This document shows positions 12,166-24,240 of a DNA stretch of 63,421 nucleotides, piece after piece. The notes below the pieces were generated by a model. That model did not search any database, was not told where the DNA came from, and saw nothing but the letters and a program-made list of their open reading frames with translations. Origin of the DNA: Coniocarpon cinnabarinum (lineage: Eukaryota); assembly GCA_051942205.1 (NCBI GenBank), contig JAVECO010000138.1, positions 1 to 63,421 of the forward strand. Reading direction: 5' to 3'. Within the stretch, counting starts at the first letter, position 1. The number at the start of each line of letters is the position of its first letter. The position numbers and the translations under genes were made by a program.

Positions 12166-15100
12166 ATGGTCTTTTGTACTTACTGCGGCACGTCGTTCAC
12201 CCGGGATGAACACTTGGAGAGGCACATTCTTACACGTAAGCTTGCGTCATCAACACTATGCGCTCCTGACACTAATAGCGGCACAGATACCAATGTTAAA
12301 CCGTACAAGTGCTTCAAATGCCACATGTCTTTTGCAAGACGGTTCGTAGTGTGAGAAACAGCGATGGATCACCTTCTAACATGCTTCTCCAGGGATCTCC
12401 TCCATCGTCACTACGTAGTGCATGGTCGAGACGGCAATCAAGAACCTTTGACGATTAATGGCATGATTCCCAAGTCTGCCGGCCGTACGCCCATCGCATG
12501 CATTAATTGTGCCAAGACCAAGACCAAATGTGACAAGAAGTTTCCTTGCACGCGATGTTCGACACGCAATCTTGAATGCACGGTGCGTCCGACAAGACGC
12601 ACGGTAAGGGGCATACCCCCTCGGCCTGTTGGCATGATGGATAGTGCACCATCGAACCAGGATCCGACAGCAGCTCAAAATGACACCACTTCAGCAACAG
12701 ACTCCGTGACTAATTCCGCCCAAGGCAGCCCACGCAACAAGAATGTTGAGATCCATCCGCGTCCGGAGCGGCCGGGGTCAGGGGCGGCGAAAGACACCAC
12801 GAAACAGGAGCAGCAATCGCCATCTAACTCCAGTTCTCGCCATGAGACGCCGCAGCCGAATACAGAGACAGATAGGACCCTGGAAATACCGCCAACGCCA
12901 GCTGGCGATCAAACTCCACCAGCTGATTATCAAATAGCTCAGACGCCCGCCTCGGGAGCGACCTTGACCGCCAGCACACCTTTTGCGGGGTTTGAGGCGA
13001 TGATGAACGATACGGACATGACCGGCTTTTCATCAGCATCCTCTTCTGGCTCCGTCTATGGCATTCCTACGACGGATATGCCATTGGCCATGGATGAATA
13101 TGGTAACCTACAAGGAGGCGCTGGGATGTTCATGGGCCAGCATACGCCCATGGACTTGGGTCCTGCAGAGTTGTTTGCGGGCATCAGTCCGGAAGCCATT
13201 CCTCTAATGTTTCCGAATTACGAGCCTGGTCCCGGCATGTTGCACACTCCAACTTCGAGTACGACAGACCTGGACCGAAAAGCTTCCGAGGGTTCCGCGG
13301 CCGGCCACCACCAACATCAACAGAGTCAGTCTATGTATCGTTCGGTGTCTTCCAATTACCAGCAGAGCGGAGATGATGAGGCGATCGTACTTGGGCAAGA
13401 CTGTTGGTCAGCGTATCGGTGTACAACAAGCATTCCCCACGCTTCCTGCCCGAAGACTGCTCGCATCAATCTTGAGAGGCTGATCGAGTCTCTCAAGAAC
13501 CACGAAAGCTGGGTCGACTGGCGGTCCAGCTGGGACGACAGTGATTTTGCGCTCGGCGATCATCTGGACGTACTTCCCCTCCAGGAGATGTCGCGCGACA
13601 AATTGCTCGCCATCACCCAGACGTTCTTGCACAAGGCACTAGAGATCCATGCGGACGAACAAGGAGCGCTGTCCAGCGGCTCCTTAACGAACAACTCGTC
13701 TAGCTTTGTCTTGCTGCCACCAGCAAGAGCGCTCGAGTTCCTCCTCAAGTCATATGCAAATGGCTTTGAGCGGTTCTATCCCCTCACGCCCAGAGGAGCT
13801 CTGGACCCCAACACACTCATGCTTCGAGGGTGTAAGGACAAGGCAGCAAGCTTACTCCTGCTGCTGATGATCGCCCAAGGAGCATTGATTACACCATCCA
13901 TGGACGGTCGTGAGTTGACTGGTGGCCTGACTGAAGCCTGCCGCATTTCGTTGTTTGATGTCATTGAGAAGAACATCAAGATGTCCGGTGATCCGGTCGT
14001 TCTGCACGCGGCCCTCCTTTTCACAGCTCAAGCAGGCTGGAGTGGCGACAAATGGCAGATGGATATTGCCATGGGCCAGCGCGGCATGTACTTTGCTATG
14101 CTCAGGCATTCTGGATACCTGGAAGCCCAGCCGCCGCAGCCGGTGACCTTGTCCCAACGATCGAATGTTGACCTCTTGTGGCAAGAGTGGATGGACCAGG
14201 AAAGCCGAAGCCGACTGGTCTACGCATGGGTGATGGCGGACCAGGATTTGAGCTTGTTCCATGACACCACGCCAATGTTCTCTATCACAGAGTTTGGCGC
14301 GCCTATGCCGGACACTGATGCTCTGTGGAACGCGAAGTCCGCCGCAGAATGGTCTGGTATATTCGAGCGAGTCCACGAGTTCTCCGGCGGATACTCATCT
14401 GTTGGTTCTGGTGCTCGTCCTTTGTGCTTGCGCGATCTCTTCAGGCTCTTCATCAACGAGAGCATCGTACCTCAAGGCATTCAGCTGACACCGCTGCACC
14501 TACGCTTGCTCTTACATCCGCTCCAGTCGCTCGTTTGCCAGTTTAGACAGCTCCTCACCTGCCTTCCTGACGCAGGCTATCGCGTTAGTGCAAAGACTGT
14601 TACAGCCGCATCTACTCGCGTGCGACTTGAAGAGGTCCAAGGCATGCTGCAACGCTGGTACGATCTCGCGGATCGATATCTGAAGAACAATCGCTTCTGT
14701 CCGTTTATGCAAGCAAATTTGGTGGTTTTCCATCTTGTGAGCTTGAATGCGGTTACCGATTTACCCAAGATCGAGAGACTGGCGCGACGCGAGGGCGTCG
14801 ACGGCTCGTACCAGACAACAGTCATGATGCACAAGCAGTGCATCACTGACGTCGAAGAGGCCATCTTTCATGCAGGTCAAGTAGTGCGTTTGATCCGAAA
14901 CATGCCCCGTAGTACGCGTCCTCCGTGGTGGGCGGGCGCAATGTACCGCGTGGCACTCATCTTTTGGTGCGAAAGTCTCGTTCGCGGAGACATGTCCACA
15001 TCAACATTGACCAACTTTCAAATGTCGGATTCGTCATTTCCCATTGATGGTTTGCCACCTGACCATCCATTGATCATTCACTATCTCACCAAGCGCGAAG

Positions 15101-15258
15101 GCATCCCGTCACTGACGCAACGCGGCGGGTCTCAGATGCCGATTGATAATCCTTTTGCAGTCTTGTTTCATTGTATTGATGTCATCTCGGAGGGTGTGTC
15201 AACACGCTTCTCGGAAGGGATATGCAACAAATTGGCGAAACTTGCCCGAGCTCACTGA
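12166..15258 (+). CDS. CMR1: Melanin-biosynthesis transcription factor Cmr1/Pig1/Amr1/Zmr1 (2 C2H2 fingers + Zn2Cys6 + fungal TF domain), 2 introns
   Basis: Spliced N-terminus MVFCTYCGTSFTRDEHLERHILTH-TNVKPYKCFKCHMSFARRDLLHRHYVVH, then ACINCAKTKTKCDKKFPCTRCSTRNLEC; WSGDKWQMDIAMGQRGMY and SGARPLCLRDLF are family-typical. Confidence 0.92.
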
Positions 15259-16733
15259 AATAAAAAACCAATCTCCTCTCCATGAAACAGTACAAACTAA
15301 CCCAAGACCCATCGTAGAGAGAGGCGACGGCCGTAGCAGACCTATGCAAATTTGAAGGCAAGTTTTCGAAGCTACGCATGGCGAAGGCAGAGCGGAGTCA
15401 TGCATCGCTTGCATTTCGCAGAGACGCGTTATTTGCGCGCGGGGCCAGCAACATTTAAGAAATGATCCCAATCATGATCTAGTACTGAAGAGGAGAAGAT
15501 GAACACGTCAACACTTAAAAAAAGGTCTTGTGACCTGCTTCGTCGGTTGTCGACAAATAGCGCCAAGCGACGCTTTGTCGTGTATTGGCTACTCCGGCCC
15601 GCAGAGCCATTCACCTCGGCGACCGACATCCCTGCTTCCTGCAGTTGGACTCGAAGTGGCGTTGACTGCTGCCATTTTCATTGCTTTGAAGGAGAAGTTG
15701 AACAAGCAAAAGAGGGACTCTCGACCAGGCTTAGGGGCTAATGCCGGTGGTGTTGCGCAGAGGGTGGGAGGAAAAGGGAGTGCGGGAAGCGACTAATGAC
15801 TCATGACCGTGACGGTTCACTGTATCGTATCATCTTACAGAGTATTGCCGCAAGGTTGTTGTAATTAATTGTACATAGTCTCCAAAAAAAATATGCCATT
15901 TTTGCGTTCAAGAGAGACTTCGGCCATGGCACCGCAAACTGTTCGCAAGGCTTGAGCACCATGCGTGAGGCGGTGTTGGATTTCTCCATCGCGCTCCGTG
16001 CGAGTATGGAAGACTTCAAACGACTCCAGATTCATTAGCGTCTCGGATGTCCTGCAGGGAAGCACACGATCTCAATGCTTGTAGTTCGATACGTAGCTAC
16101 ACGCAGCGCGGCTCGGGGTCGTGGTACCTGTACTGTTTGGCGCGATGCAGATACTAGTTGCTGAGACGCCATGAACTGCTGCGAGACCATCTCATAGCCG
16201 CATGAGGCTCCACGTAGGTCCCATCTCCCAGAGTTGAAGAACCACTTTGGCTTGGCAGGCCCGCTCGACGGCCCCAGTCATCTTCAAGAAGTACCTTCAA
16301 GCAAGGCTGCCTTTCCAGTAGCTATTGCTTAACTGGTCTCTCGGGTCCACTACTTGGGGGATCGCGCACCGCTGGTTCATCAGCACTTCGCCACAGCGCT
16401 GACAGGCATAGTTCGCCGTGTCCATCCCCGTTTTTCTGGCCCTTCGACCTCTGCAGATGAGATCACTTGCTTCAGGGCGCTCGTGCATGATGCAAATCCT
16501 TGATTCTTGGGACTTCTGACGCATGATGGTCGCAAGCGCTATAAAAGCAGTACTTCGGCCACAGCTGGTACTCCAACATGTGCTCCTTGGGCGTATTCCT
16601 GCTGCGTTGAACTGCAAAGACTCACTGGGCTGGAGACACATTCCAGCTCTTGACTGACATCAACCCATTCGAGGCTCATCGTGCACCAGTAGAAACTAGC
16701 AAAAGCTCTGCGTGAGCGCAAGACTAGCAATCA

Positions 16734-17522
16734 TCAAATGCTTTCAACTTCTGCCCGCCAGCCTCTCCTATCCATCTCGCCTGCCGACACTTCCCTCATC
16801 CCCGCCGCCTGACACACTTCCACCACCGCGCCTCTGACGGCTCTCACTTCCTCCAGGCTCGCCCCATTGTTCGACGCACCCCTCAAATGTCCCTTCAATT
16901 GCGGCCCGACATCCAGCGGCACAAGCCCAGCAATCAAACAAAAGCTGGTCGCCTTCTTACCCAGCACCGACTCATTGCTCAGTAGATACCCGTACATCAG
17001 CCGTGCTGTGAGACCCAGATCTTCGGTCCCGCATCGATCCATCTGGCCCATGACCCTCGCTGCGACCTTGCCATAGGTCTGCGCGAAGAAATGTGATCCG
17101 CGATGGAGGATCTGTGATGAAGGGACGCTGAGCTCGACCGATCGGGACGTGGGTGACGGAGACAGGGGCGGGTCAAGCAATGAGGGTGGAGTGGCGCGAG
17201 ACAGTGACAGAAGAGAGTTAATGGTGAGCGGAAGGCCTAGGATAGCAGTGGACTTGACTAGAGCTTCGCGGATCATGCGAGCTGTGTCAAGTTGCTGGTG
17301 GAAATGTGCTGGTGGGTTGGATGGCGCTGTGCCCTCTTCAGCATTCGGCAGTGGACCATGCTCGCTGAGAGCGGCATGCATGAGCGAGGGAAGCTCGTGG
17401 GGCAAATTGAGAGCGGACAAGGTCACTGCGGTGGTATAATGCCATGTCTGCGGTGGCAGATGAGGATATGAACGGAGGGTGGAGAGGAGGCGGGGTGTGA
17501 GGATGGAGCGGACGGATGTCAT
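16734..17522 (-). CDS. AhpD/carboxymuconolactone decarboxylase-like protein (Pxp2-like)
   Basis: REALVKSTAILGLPLTINSL, EDLGLTARLMYGYLLS, PQLKGHLRGASNNGASLEEV; first ATG at 17522. Confidence 0.8.
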   Translation of the reverse strand: MTSVRSILTPRLLSTLRSYPHLPPQTWHYTTAVTLSALNLPHELPSLMHAALSEHGPLPNAEEGTAPSNPPAHFHQQLDTARMIREALVKSTAILGLPLTINSLLSLSRATPPSLLDPPLSPSPTSRSVELSVPSSQILHRGSHFFAQTYGKVAARVMGQMDRCGTEDLGLTARLMYGYLLSNESVLGKKATSFCLIAGLVPLDVGPQLKGHLRGASNNGASLEEVRAVRGAVVEVCQAAGMREVSAGEMDRRGWRAEVESI

Positions 17523-17683
17523 TGTAACTTTGCTATCCCTGCCATGACTGTCCAGTGTCAAACGGACGAGCTAAATCGTGAAATATCGATCGTACGCGAG
17601 GCCTGCATCACCTGTTCGTACCGCCTGAGGTCAGAAAAATGTTATAGCCTCATCAGCGCCGCTTATAGTACGGGAAATCTGAG

Positions 17684-17689
17684 CCTCGG
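17684..17689. promoter_or_regulatory. Candidate FarA/FarB (Ctf1) fatty-acid response element CCTCGG upstream of the Pxp2-like gene
   Basis: CCTCGG lies about 160 bp upstream of ATG 17522. The motif is established in Aspergillus nidulans peroxisomal and fatty-acid genes, but a 6-mer can occur by chance. Confidence 0.4.
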
Positions 17690-17899
17690 TTCTAAACGCC
17701 ATGCTTGGTTGGGAAGGTGAGGATGAACTCGGCTCACCACGAGTGCACCATGGCGCATTCATTTCCTCTACACCTTTCTGACATCCACATCTCAGCGTCT
17801 ACCAGCGACCGAGCTGTCGACTGGTCCATGACCGCTTTAGTCGTCGAGGACTACCTCCTCTTCCTTCGATAATGCGACCCCGACGACTCCCCAAACATC

Positions 17900-19426
17900 A
17901 TGGACATTGCGCAGCCCGTCGTTCAGACCTGGGACCCTGCGCCAACGCTGACCAACGGACTCACCAACGGAAATCATAGCACAAATGGATTGCCAACCAT
18001 CGACGAGCTCGTTGCACGCACAGCCCAGGAAAATGGCATCGAGCGCCCTTCGACCCACACTGTGTCTTTTCACTACAACTCCAGTGTTGAAAGCCATCAT
18101 TTCGGTCGATCACATCCCATGAAACCATGGCGCTTGCAGCTCACCAAGCAGCTGGTCCTCAGCTACGGGCTACAGTATGCGATGGACTGCTATGAGACGC
18201 GCTCGGCACGCATGGACGAAATGTCTGAATTTCACACTCCAGATTATCTCAGCTTCTTGCGCAAGCTCACGCCGGACACGATGAAAGAGTATAACGAAGA
18301 GACGCAGCAGAGCTTTGGCATTGGGGATGACTGCCCTGTCTTTGACGGCTTATATGACTATTGCAGCTTGTACACGGGAAGTACGCTGAGTGCGGTACGG
18401 ACGCTGTTAGCGGCTAATCAACCATCCTCACATGCGGGACGCACGAGCAGTAGGACTGGAGCAAGTGACATCGCCATCAACTGGAGTGGAGGCTTACATC
18501 ATGCCAACAAGTCCAAGGCGAGTGGGTTCTGTTACGTCAATGACATTGTCTTGGCCATTCAGTTAATGCTTACCCAACATCCACGAGTCTTGTACATTGA
18601 CATCGATGTGCACCACGGAGACGGAGTTGAGCATGCATTCGCGAGCAGCGACAGGGTCTTAACGCTGAGCTTCCATAAGTACGACCCCTTGGAGTTTTTC
18701 CCGGGTACAGGAGGCCCGAACTCGATGGGACCCGAGAATCCGCACAATCCTGGAGCGAAGCACAGTCTGAACCTGCCGTTGAAAGACGGCATTGAGGACG
18801 ATCAGTACAAGTGGCTCTTTGACAAATGTGTCAGGGAAGCCGTGAGAGTGTTTCAGCCCACCGCCATTGTCCTTCAGTGCGGCGGCGACAGCCTGGGTGG
18901 TGACAGGCTTGGAAAGTTCAACCTCAACATTAGGGCGCACGGGCACTGCGTAAAGACCTGTCGATCGTTCGGATTGCCCTTGCTGCTTCTGGGTGGCGGA
19001 GGTTACACACCGCGAAACGTAGCCAGGCTCTGGTGCCACGAGACAGCTCTCGCAACAGACTCTCAACTTCTCAACACCTTGCCGGCACACGTCCCACACA
19101 TCCAAGCCTTTCGAGGACCCGGCCGAGGCGATGGCTTGTTATACCCTACCTTGACTGATATCAAGCATCACACGAACGACCATGATTGGGCATATCTGCA
19201 AGAGCAACAGAGGCGGATATTCGAACAACTGCGCTATCTGCAGGGTGCACCGAGCGTGCAGATGAACCAGCTTCCTGATAACATTTGGGAGCTGCGAGAA
19301 GATATCGAAGCGGCTATGAAAGAGGAAGATGAAGAAAGAGAGGAGCAGAATGGCGTCAATGGGGATGGTGCGAGAGCACGAAGAGTGAGAGAGAAAAACA
19401 TTGGTATCAGAGGTGAGATCCCTTGA
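17900..19426 (+). CDS. HOS2: Class I histone deacetylase, Hos2/HosA/Hdc1 type
   Basis: HPMKPWRLQLTKQLVLSYGL (Hos2-type W), INWSGGLHHA, ASGFCYVNDIV, DIDVHHGDGV, GGGGY; single ORF. Confidence 0.92.
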   Translation: MDIAQPVVQTWDPAPTLTNGLTNGNHSTNGLPTIDELVARTAQENGIERPSTHTVSFHYNSSVESHHFGRSHPMKPWRLQLTKQLVLSYGLQYAMDCYETRSARMDEMSEFHTPDYLSFLRKLTPDTMKEYNEETQQSFGIGDDCPVFDGLYDYCSLYTGSTLSAVRTLLAANQPSSHAGRTSSRTGASDIAINWSGGLHHANKSKASGFCYVNDIVLAIQLMLTQHPRVLYIDIDVHHGDGVEHAFASSDRVLTLSFHKYDPLEFFPGTGGPNSMGPENPHNPGAKHSLNLPLKDGIEDDQYKWLFDKCVREAVRVFQPTAIVLQCGGDSLGGDRLGKFNLNIRAHGHCVKTCRSFGLPLLLLGGGGYTPRNVARLWCHETALATDSQLLNTLPAHVPHIQAFRGPGRGDGLLYPTLTDIKHHTNDHDWAYLQEQQRRIFEQLRYLQGAPSVQMNQLPDNIWELREDIEAAMKEEDEEREEQNGVNGDGARARRVREKNIGIRGEIP

Positions 19427-20558
19427 CATCGCGCGCTTTGGACTTGGGATCAATTGCAATCCACGGCAAATCAGCAACGATCTCGCATTGCTGGTAGTGT
19501 CAGTCAGGTTTAGGGACATCACGCCCAACCTGTGTTGAGGCTGTGGTCCCACCAGGAGCGTCTCGGATGCGTCCTGCAACTGGAACGGCCTCTTATTAGC
19601 TCGACCAGAGGCGGCCTCTTCTGTCCTTGACAGTCGCCACTATTGCGCGAGCATTGAGATACGTCGCAGTATTCTCACATGGCTGCAGAGTTGCATGCAT
19701 GTCAATGTCTGGTAATGAGACATAGGATTGAAGTGCACGCATGGTCTGGCAAGGACAGAATTTCCGTCACTGGATCAAACAGAAGGATCGAATACAGGTC
19801 GGTGTCGACATACATGCTGTACACACATGTGCAGCATCATAACTCTCCTTGTTCCTGCAGCAAGATGTGGCAAGAGATACACACATTCGACGGCTCAAGT
19901 AGCGAAGACTAGTCACATTTAGGCGCACAGAGATCTCTGAAGAAGTTGAGCACCAGAAGTGGAAGATTAAAGATCCCTGGAAGAGACTGGAAGGGACTGG
20001 AATATGACGAGCTGTCCTGCTTCTCACTCTTTATGGACAACGAGACGGGTTCTAGTCTTGCCTGGGGAGAGGGAATGTTACGAGCGTCCCAAGCATAGGG
20101 TAACAGCAGTAAGCCAGAACTAGAGACGCTCAGCCAGACGACATTAGAAAGCGTCGTTCACAGCAGGAAAAGCAAACAACAGAGACAAGGTCACGCGAGT
20201 CAACTCTCCCAAGCCTCTATCTCGCTGTCTGAACCCAAGCAGCGAGCAGAGCGCGAAGAGAACGGAGACGATGAAATGCTCAGGCGGGAGGAGCCGAGGG
20301 TGGTTGAATATGAAGCTGCTCGGCTCTACAAAGTGGAAATGTGCACCGAAGCTGAAATATAATGTGGACTTTTTGTCCTCCGAGATTGTCGGTACTGAAA
20401 TGGGGATGCTTTTTCGTAGGGATTGCTGCGTGCCACTGATGATTGCCCTTCACCTCTGCACGATGGTGTCCGATGATCTGCAAGAATTGCACGCATGGTA
20501 CAAGAAACATATCAAGAGGCATAAGCCATGTAAGGACAGCTCTGGCAATACACTGGTG

Positions 20559-21009
20559 AGTGGATTGCAGAAAGATTGACAATGGTTGGTCCGAGCTTTG
20601 CGTAATACACACACCTCCTAAGATCGACGTCGCTGCTAACGTCACCGCCAACATTGCCGCCAATGTCATATTTACATGCTCTGTAAAGTTAGGCTATACG
20701 AGCCTAATATTAGCTTTTTGTTTTCTTCTGTACTCTTGCGGCGATAATCCTTAACGTACTGTGTGAAAAACGTTCGATCGATATAACTTCTAGCCCACCC
20801 TGCCTAAGCTTTTCCTATCTAAATAGCATCACTACAAGAGCAAAGAAAGTGTTAGGAGAAGCGGTGACTAGCTACTAGAGCTTGTCTTGGTCTTACTTAT
20901 GAAGTGTGACGCCAGCGGCGACGTTGGCAGCGACGTCCGTCTCAGGAGATGTGTGGTTATGTTACACAAAGCTCGGCCCAACCATTGTTAGTTTTTCTGC
21001 AATCTACTG
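20559..21009. mobile_element. Non-autonomous Tc1/mariner (impala/mimp-like) MITE with ~100 bp imperfect terminal inverted repeats
   Basis: Left arm agtggattgcagaaagattgacaatggttggtccgagctttgcgtaa... matches the reverse complement of the right arm, cagtagattgcagaaaaactaacaatggttgggccgagctttgtgtaa.... The right end ...ACTG is followed by TA; the interior is TA-rich and non-coding. Confidence 0.8.
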
Positions 21010-21173
21010 TAAATTTAAAGCCCAGAGAGAATCCTGTGTCATCGTTCATCTATGCAATACAATCATATCCATCAACAGGACAGCTTTTCAACACTCAAAC
21101 AGGCCCAGCCTTTGCACATCGTAACGTCTCCGACCTCACCACAACCGAGGCCACTCTGACGATCGACACAAAT

Positions 21174-23092
21174 CTACGCATAATCATCGTGATCTTCCAA
21201 CTCCCCTTCATAAGACGGCCTGACCTTCATCAGCTTCACATAATCCACGACAGCTGCGCTCAAATGCGACGCAGCGGCGTCGACCAGCGCAACGGGCGCC
21301 AACCCTTGACCCACAGCGTGATTCTTGCAAACAGAGATCAAGTGATTCGTCGTAGAGGCAATCCGCGCCTCTAGCTTCTTCCGGCGCTTCATGAAGTCCT
21401 CAGGGCCGCGAGGGTTCGCTTTGCTCACGTCATTGGTGATACCGCGGACGCTGGCGACGAGCGTGTGCATGTATCCGAAGACATTGCCTGATTCTTCGGC
21501 GCGGGCGAGTTGCAAGAGTTCGTCGACCGCCAGCTGGAATTTCGTGACCGAAACATCGTGGATTGCACCCTGTGAATCGAGCACGCTGTCTTCTTGGAGG
21601 ACTTTCGCAGCTGTGGGCTGCTGGATGTATAGACCCGTCGATGATGCTTTCAGAGAACGAAGATGGGCGCGTGTCTTCACGTGCCGACTCTTCAAATCCT
21701 CGAGCTGTTCTTTGAGCTCGACGTTGTTCTTTGCTAGACTCTCTTCTGCGTCGCTTCGGTCGCGAAGCTGCTCAGCTAACGATCGGATATCTCGCATGGA
21801 CTCGGCGTTGTGCGTGCGTATGTCTTCTGTCGATTCACGGAATGAGGCGTATTCCTGCTCGATGGCTTCTCGTGCCTGCATGTGCTCGGTGATTTCTTCT
21901 TCCAGAGCTTCCCTTGCTTGTCGGTGCTCGTATAGCTCGCTTTCAAGACCGTCCTTGGACGCTCGATGGGAGTTGAGCTCCTGTTCCAGATGCTCGTACT
22001 TTTCCCTCCAGTCGTCAGCCTCCCTGTCGGCTCTCATGCGGTCTATTTCGGCTTGCAACGATGAATTGAGAGATTTGGCGTTGCTGATCTGCTTCTCGAG
22101 GTCGGAGGTGACATTTGATGATCGTTCTCGCTCCTCCTCCATGGCTTTGTCTTTCTGGTTCAGCTGACTTTCCAACTCCTCGATGCGCGCTTCCAATCCA
22201 GGGTCGCCACCTCGCTGTTGCAGGTATTAGCCCGAGCTGAATGCACAATAGCTCATCAAAGAAAACTCACCACTGAGTAAGGCAAGCTTCGGTTAGTAGT
22301 CCGCCGGCTCGACCGCTTGGCGAAATCGAAGGGGTCATCGCCATCCACTGAAGCGTCATCATCCTCCACCATTACGCCCTTGTTTGGGACCATGGTATTA
22401 CTCTGAAATTGTCGTGATCCAGGTGTTGCGCGGCCATCCACTACACTCGGACTATAAGGTCCGCCGATCGAAGAAGCATTGCTGGGCTTTCGCATGCCTT
22501 GGAATCCTTGCGCGGTTGGCGGTCGGCTACCGCCACGATTGGCGACGCGTTCAGCGCCGGTAAAACGAGGAAAGCGTCTCTCAAGCTCGAAGAGCACATC
22601 CGTAGCAAGCTCACGAAACTTCTTCTGCGGCAATGTGGACAGCTTTTGTCGCGCCTGGTTCCGCTTGGGGTGAAAGTTCTTCTTGGGAAGTAAAAACCGT
22701 GGGATATCCCGGCCGTCTCCATCAGGTCCTTGAGCGACTCGCTCGTCCTCCCGCCTAAGGAGTTCGTCGTACACGTCAGTGCTCAGTTCCTGGAACTGGA
22801 TGACCGAGAGCTGCAGGAGTTTGTCTCGTGCTCGCTTGTGTGGCATGTATGTCTTGTCCAGCCTCAAAGACTCTGCCAGATAGTCTTTCAGTACCCTGTG
22901 ATGATCTGCCAATTGTGCCTCCAATGCTTGAATATTGTACTTGCGGCCGGGAGGACCTCCGTGCGGACCATGCGGGCCTCCTTCAGGATACAACCCAGTG
23001 CCGTTGCTCGACCTGGACACCGATACTGGCGGAGACGGAGGAGGCCCACCACGGCCGTTCATGTGAGAGCTGGGTGGAACGGGGCCGTCCAT
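21174..23092 (-). CDS. SPA2: Polarisome scaffold Spa2 (Spa2-homology/GIT domain + coiled coil + C-terminal GIT1_C-like region), 1 intron
   Basis: RARDKLLQLSVIQFQELSTDVYDELLRR and HPKRNQARQKLSTLPQKKFRELATDVLFELERRFP; C-terminal GLAPVALVDAAASHLSAAVVD. Confidence 0.9.
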
Positions 23093-24240
23093 CCTGGGCG
23101 GCGGCCCAGCCCCATTGAGCGGCGCTGTGTGAGACCTCGACGGCGGATCCAGATTGGCGGTGGATCAGTGGAGGTGTGTTGGCAAAGTTGTGGTCTTGGC
23201 CAGACACTGGACAGACGATTTCTTTGGGTCACTCAATGGTGGAGGAACAAAAGGGAGGCAAGCAAAAGCCGAAAAGTACTAGAAATGTTGGAGCGTCGAG
23301 TCAAGGATGCGTGTCGCAGAGCTGCCGGTAGATGGGCTGGGGAGGTGGAATTAAACGTTCATGACAGCGCCAGGTGGTACCCTGAAGTTCAGTGTGGCCC
23401 CAGAATGGAATAAGGTCAAGCTACAGCAACTATGATCGACTAAGCAACGCAACTGGCAGCAGGTTGAGCAGCATGAGGGTTCGAGGAGCGAGCATGTGCA
23501 GGGGGTGCAAAGAAGACAATGCCAGTACGGTGCTCCTTTTCGCGATGTCTTTGGCTGGGAGTCGCCCTTGCTGCCTGACAATGAGGGCACGCGCCATCAC
23601 CGGCATTGGCCAATCAGATCACTGTAGCATACGGGTTCGACAACCAACGACAGACAGAAGACTGAGAGCACACAACCTTGCGACCTTGCCATGTCCTTGC
23701 CATGTCCCTGACGACTCGGCGCGCGAGGAGTCGAGCGGGTATGCTCCTCTAGCCACATCGAGACGCCCCATGTGCTTGAGGGATAGGCAAGCAGGGTGGT
23801 AGGTACGTTTCCATGCCGTCGGCCTCAAGGTCCAGGAGATGGTCCGATCGTGTCCTCGGCTACACTCTATAGCCTGGAATGGCTTAATCCGCTCATCCTT
23901 ACACTGGGCTCAACCTGAGATGCGACAAGGGTTAGGGACAAGAGTCGTTGCCGAATCTCCCAAGGCGAACGAGCCTGTGCGATAGGAGCAATTCAGCTTA
24001 CAAAGCGGGAAACGCAACGGCGAACATCCTTCGCTACATATGAAACGCCAGATTAACGTGCGGCAATTACTCTCCTGCTAGGTCTTGCAATAGTGGGGTC
24101 GAGTCGTAGTACCCCGGGCTCTTGAAACCTGTGTATCTGAATCGATGTGTGGTTCGGCATCGGCATACTCCTATACATAGATTATCCTGACAATCCTACA
24201 CATCCACTTCATTCAAGACAGCAGCCGACATCGCGCTTGG

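Noticed and set aside
23093..23152. In-frame CTG in good context (aatCTGg) that would extend Spa2 by 20 aa
   Set aside because: A non-AUG start cannot be supported without conservation or Ribo-seq; an unseen upstream exon is equally possible.
21391..23413. 258 aa and 227 aa + strand ORFs opposite SPA2
   Set aside because: Antisense shadows of coiled-coil or GC-rich coding sequence; Ser/Arg-rich with no motifs.
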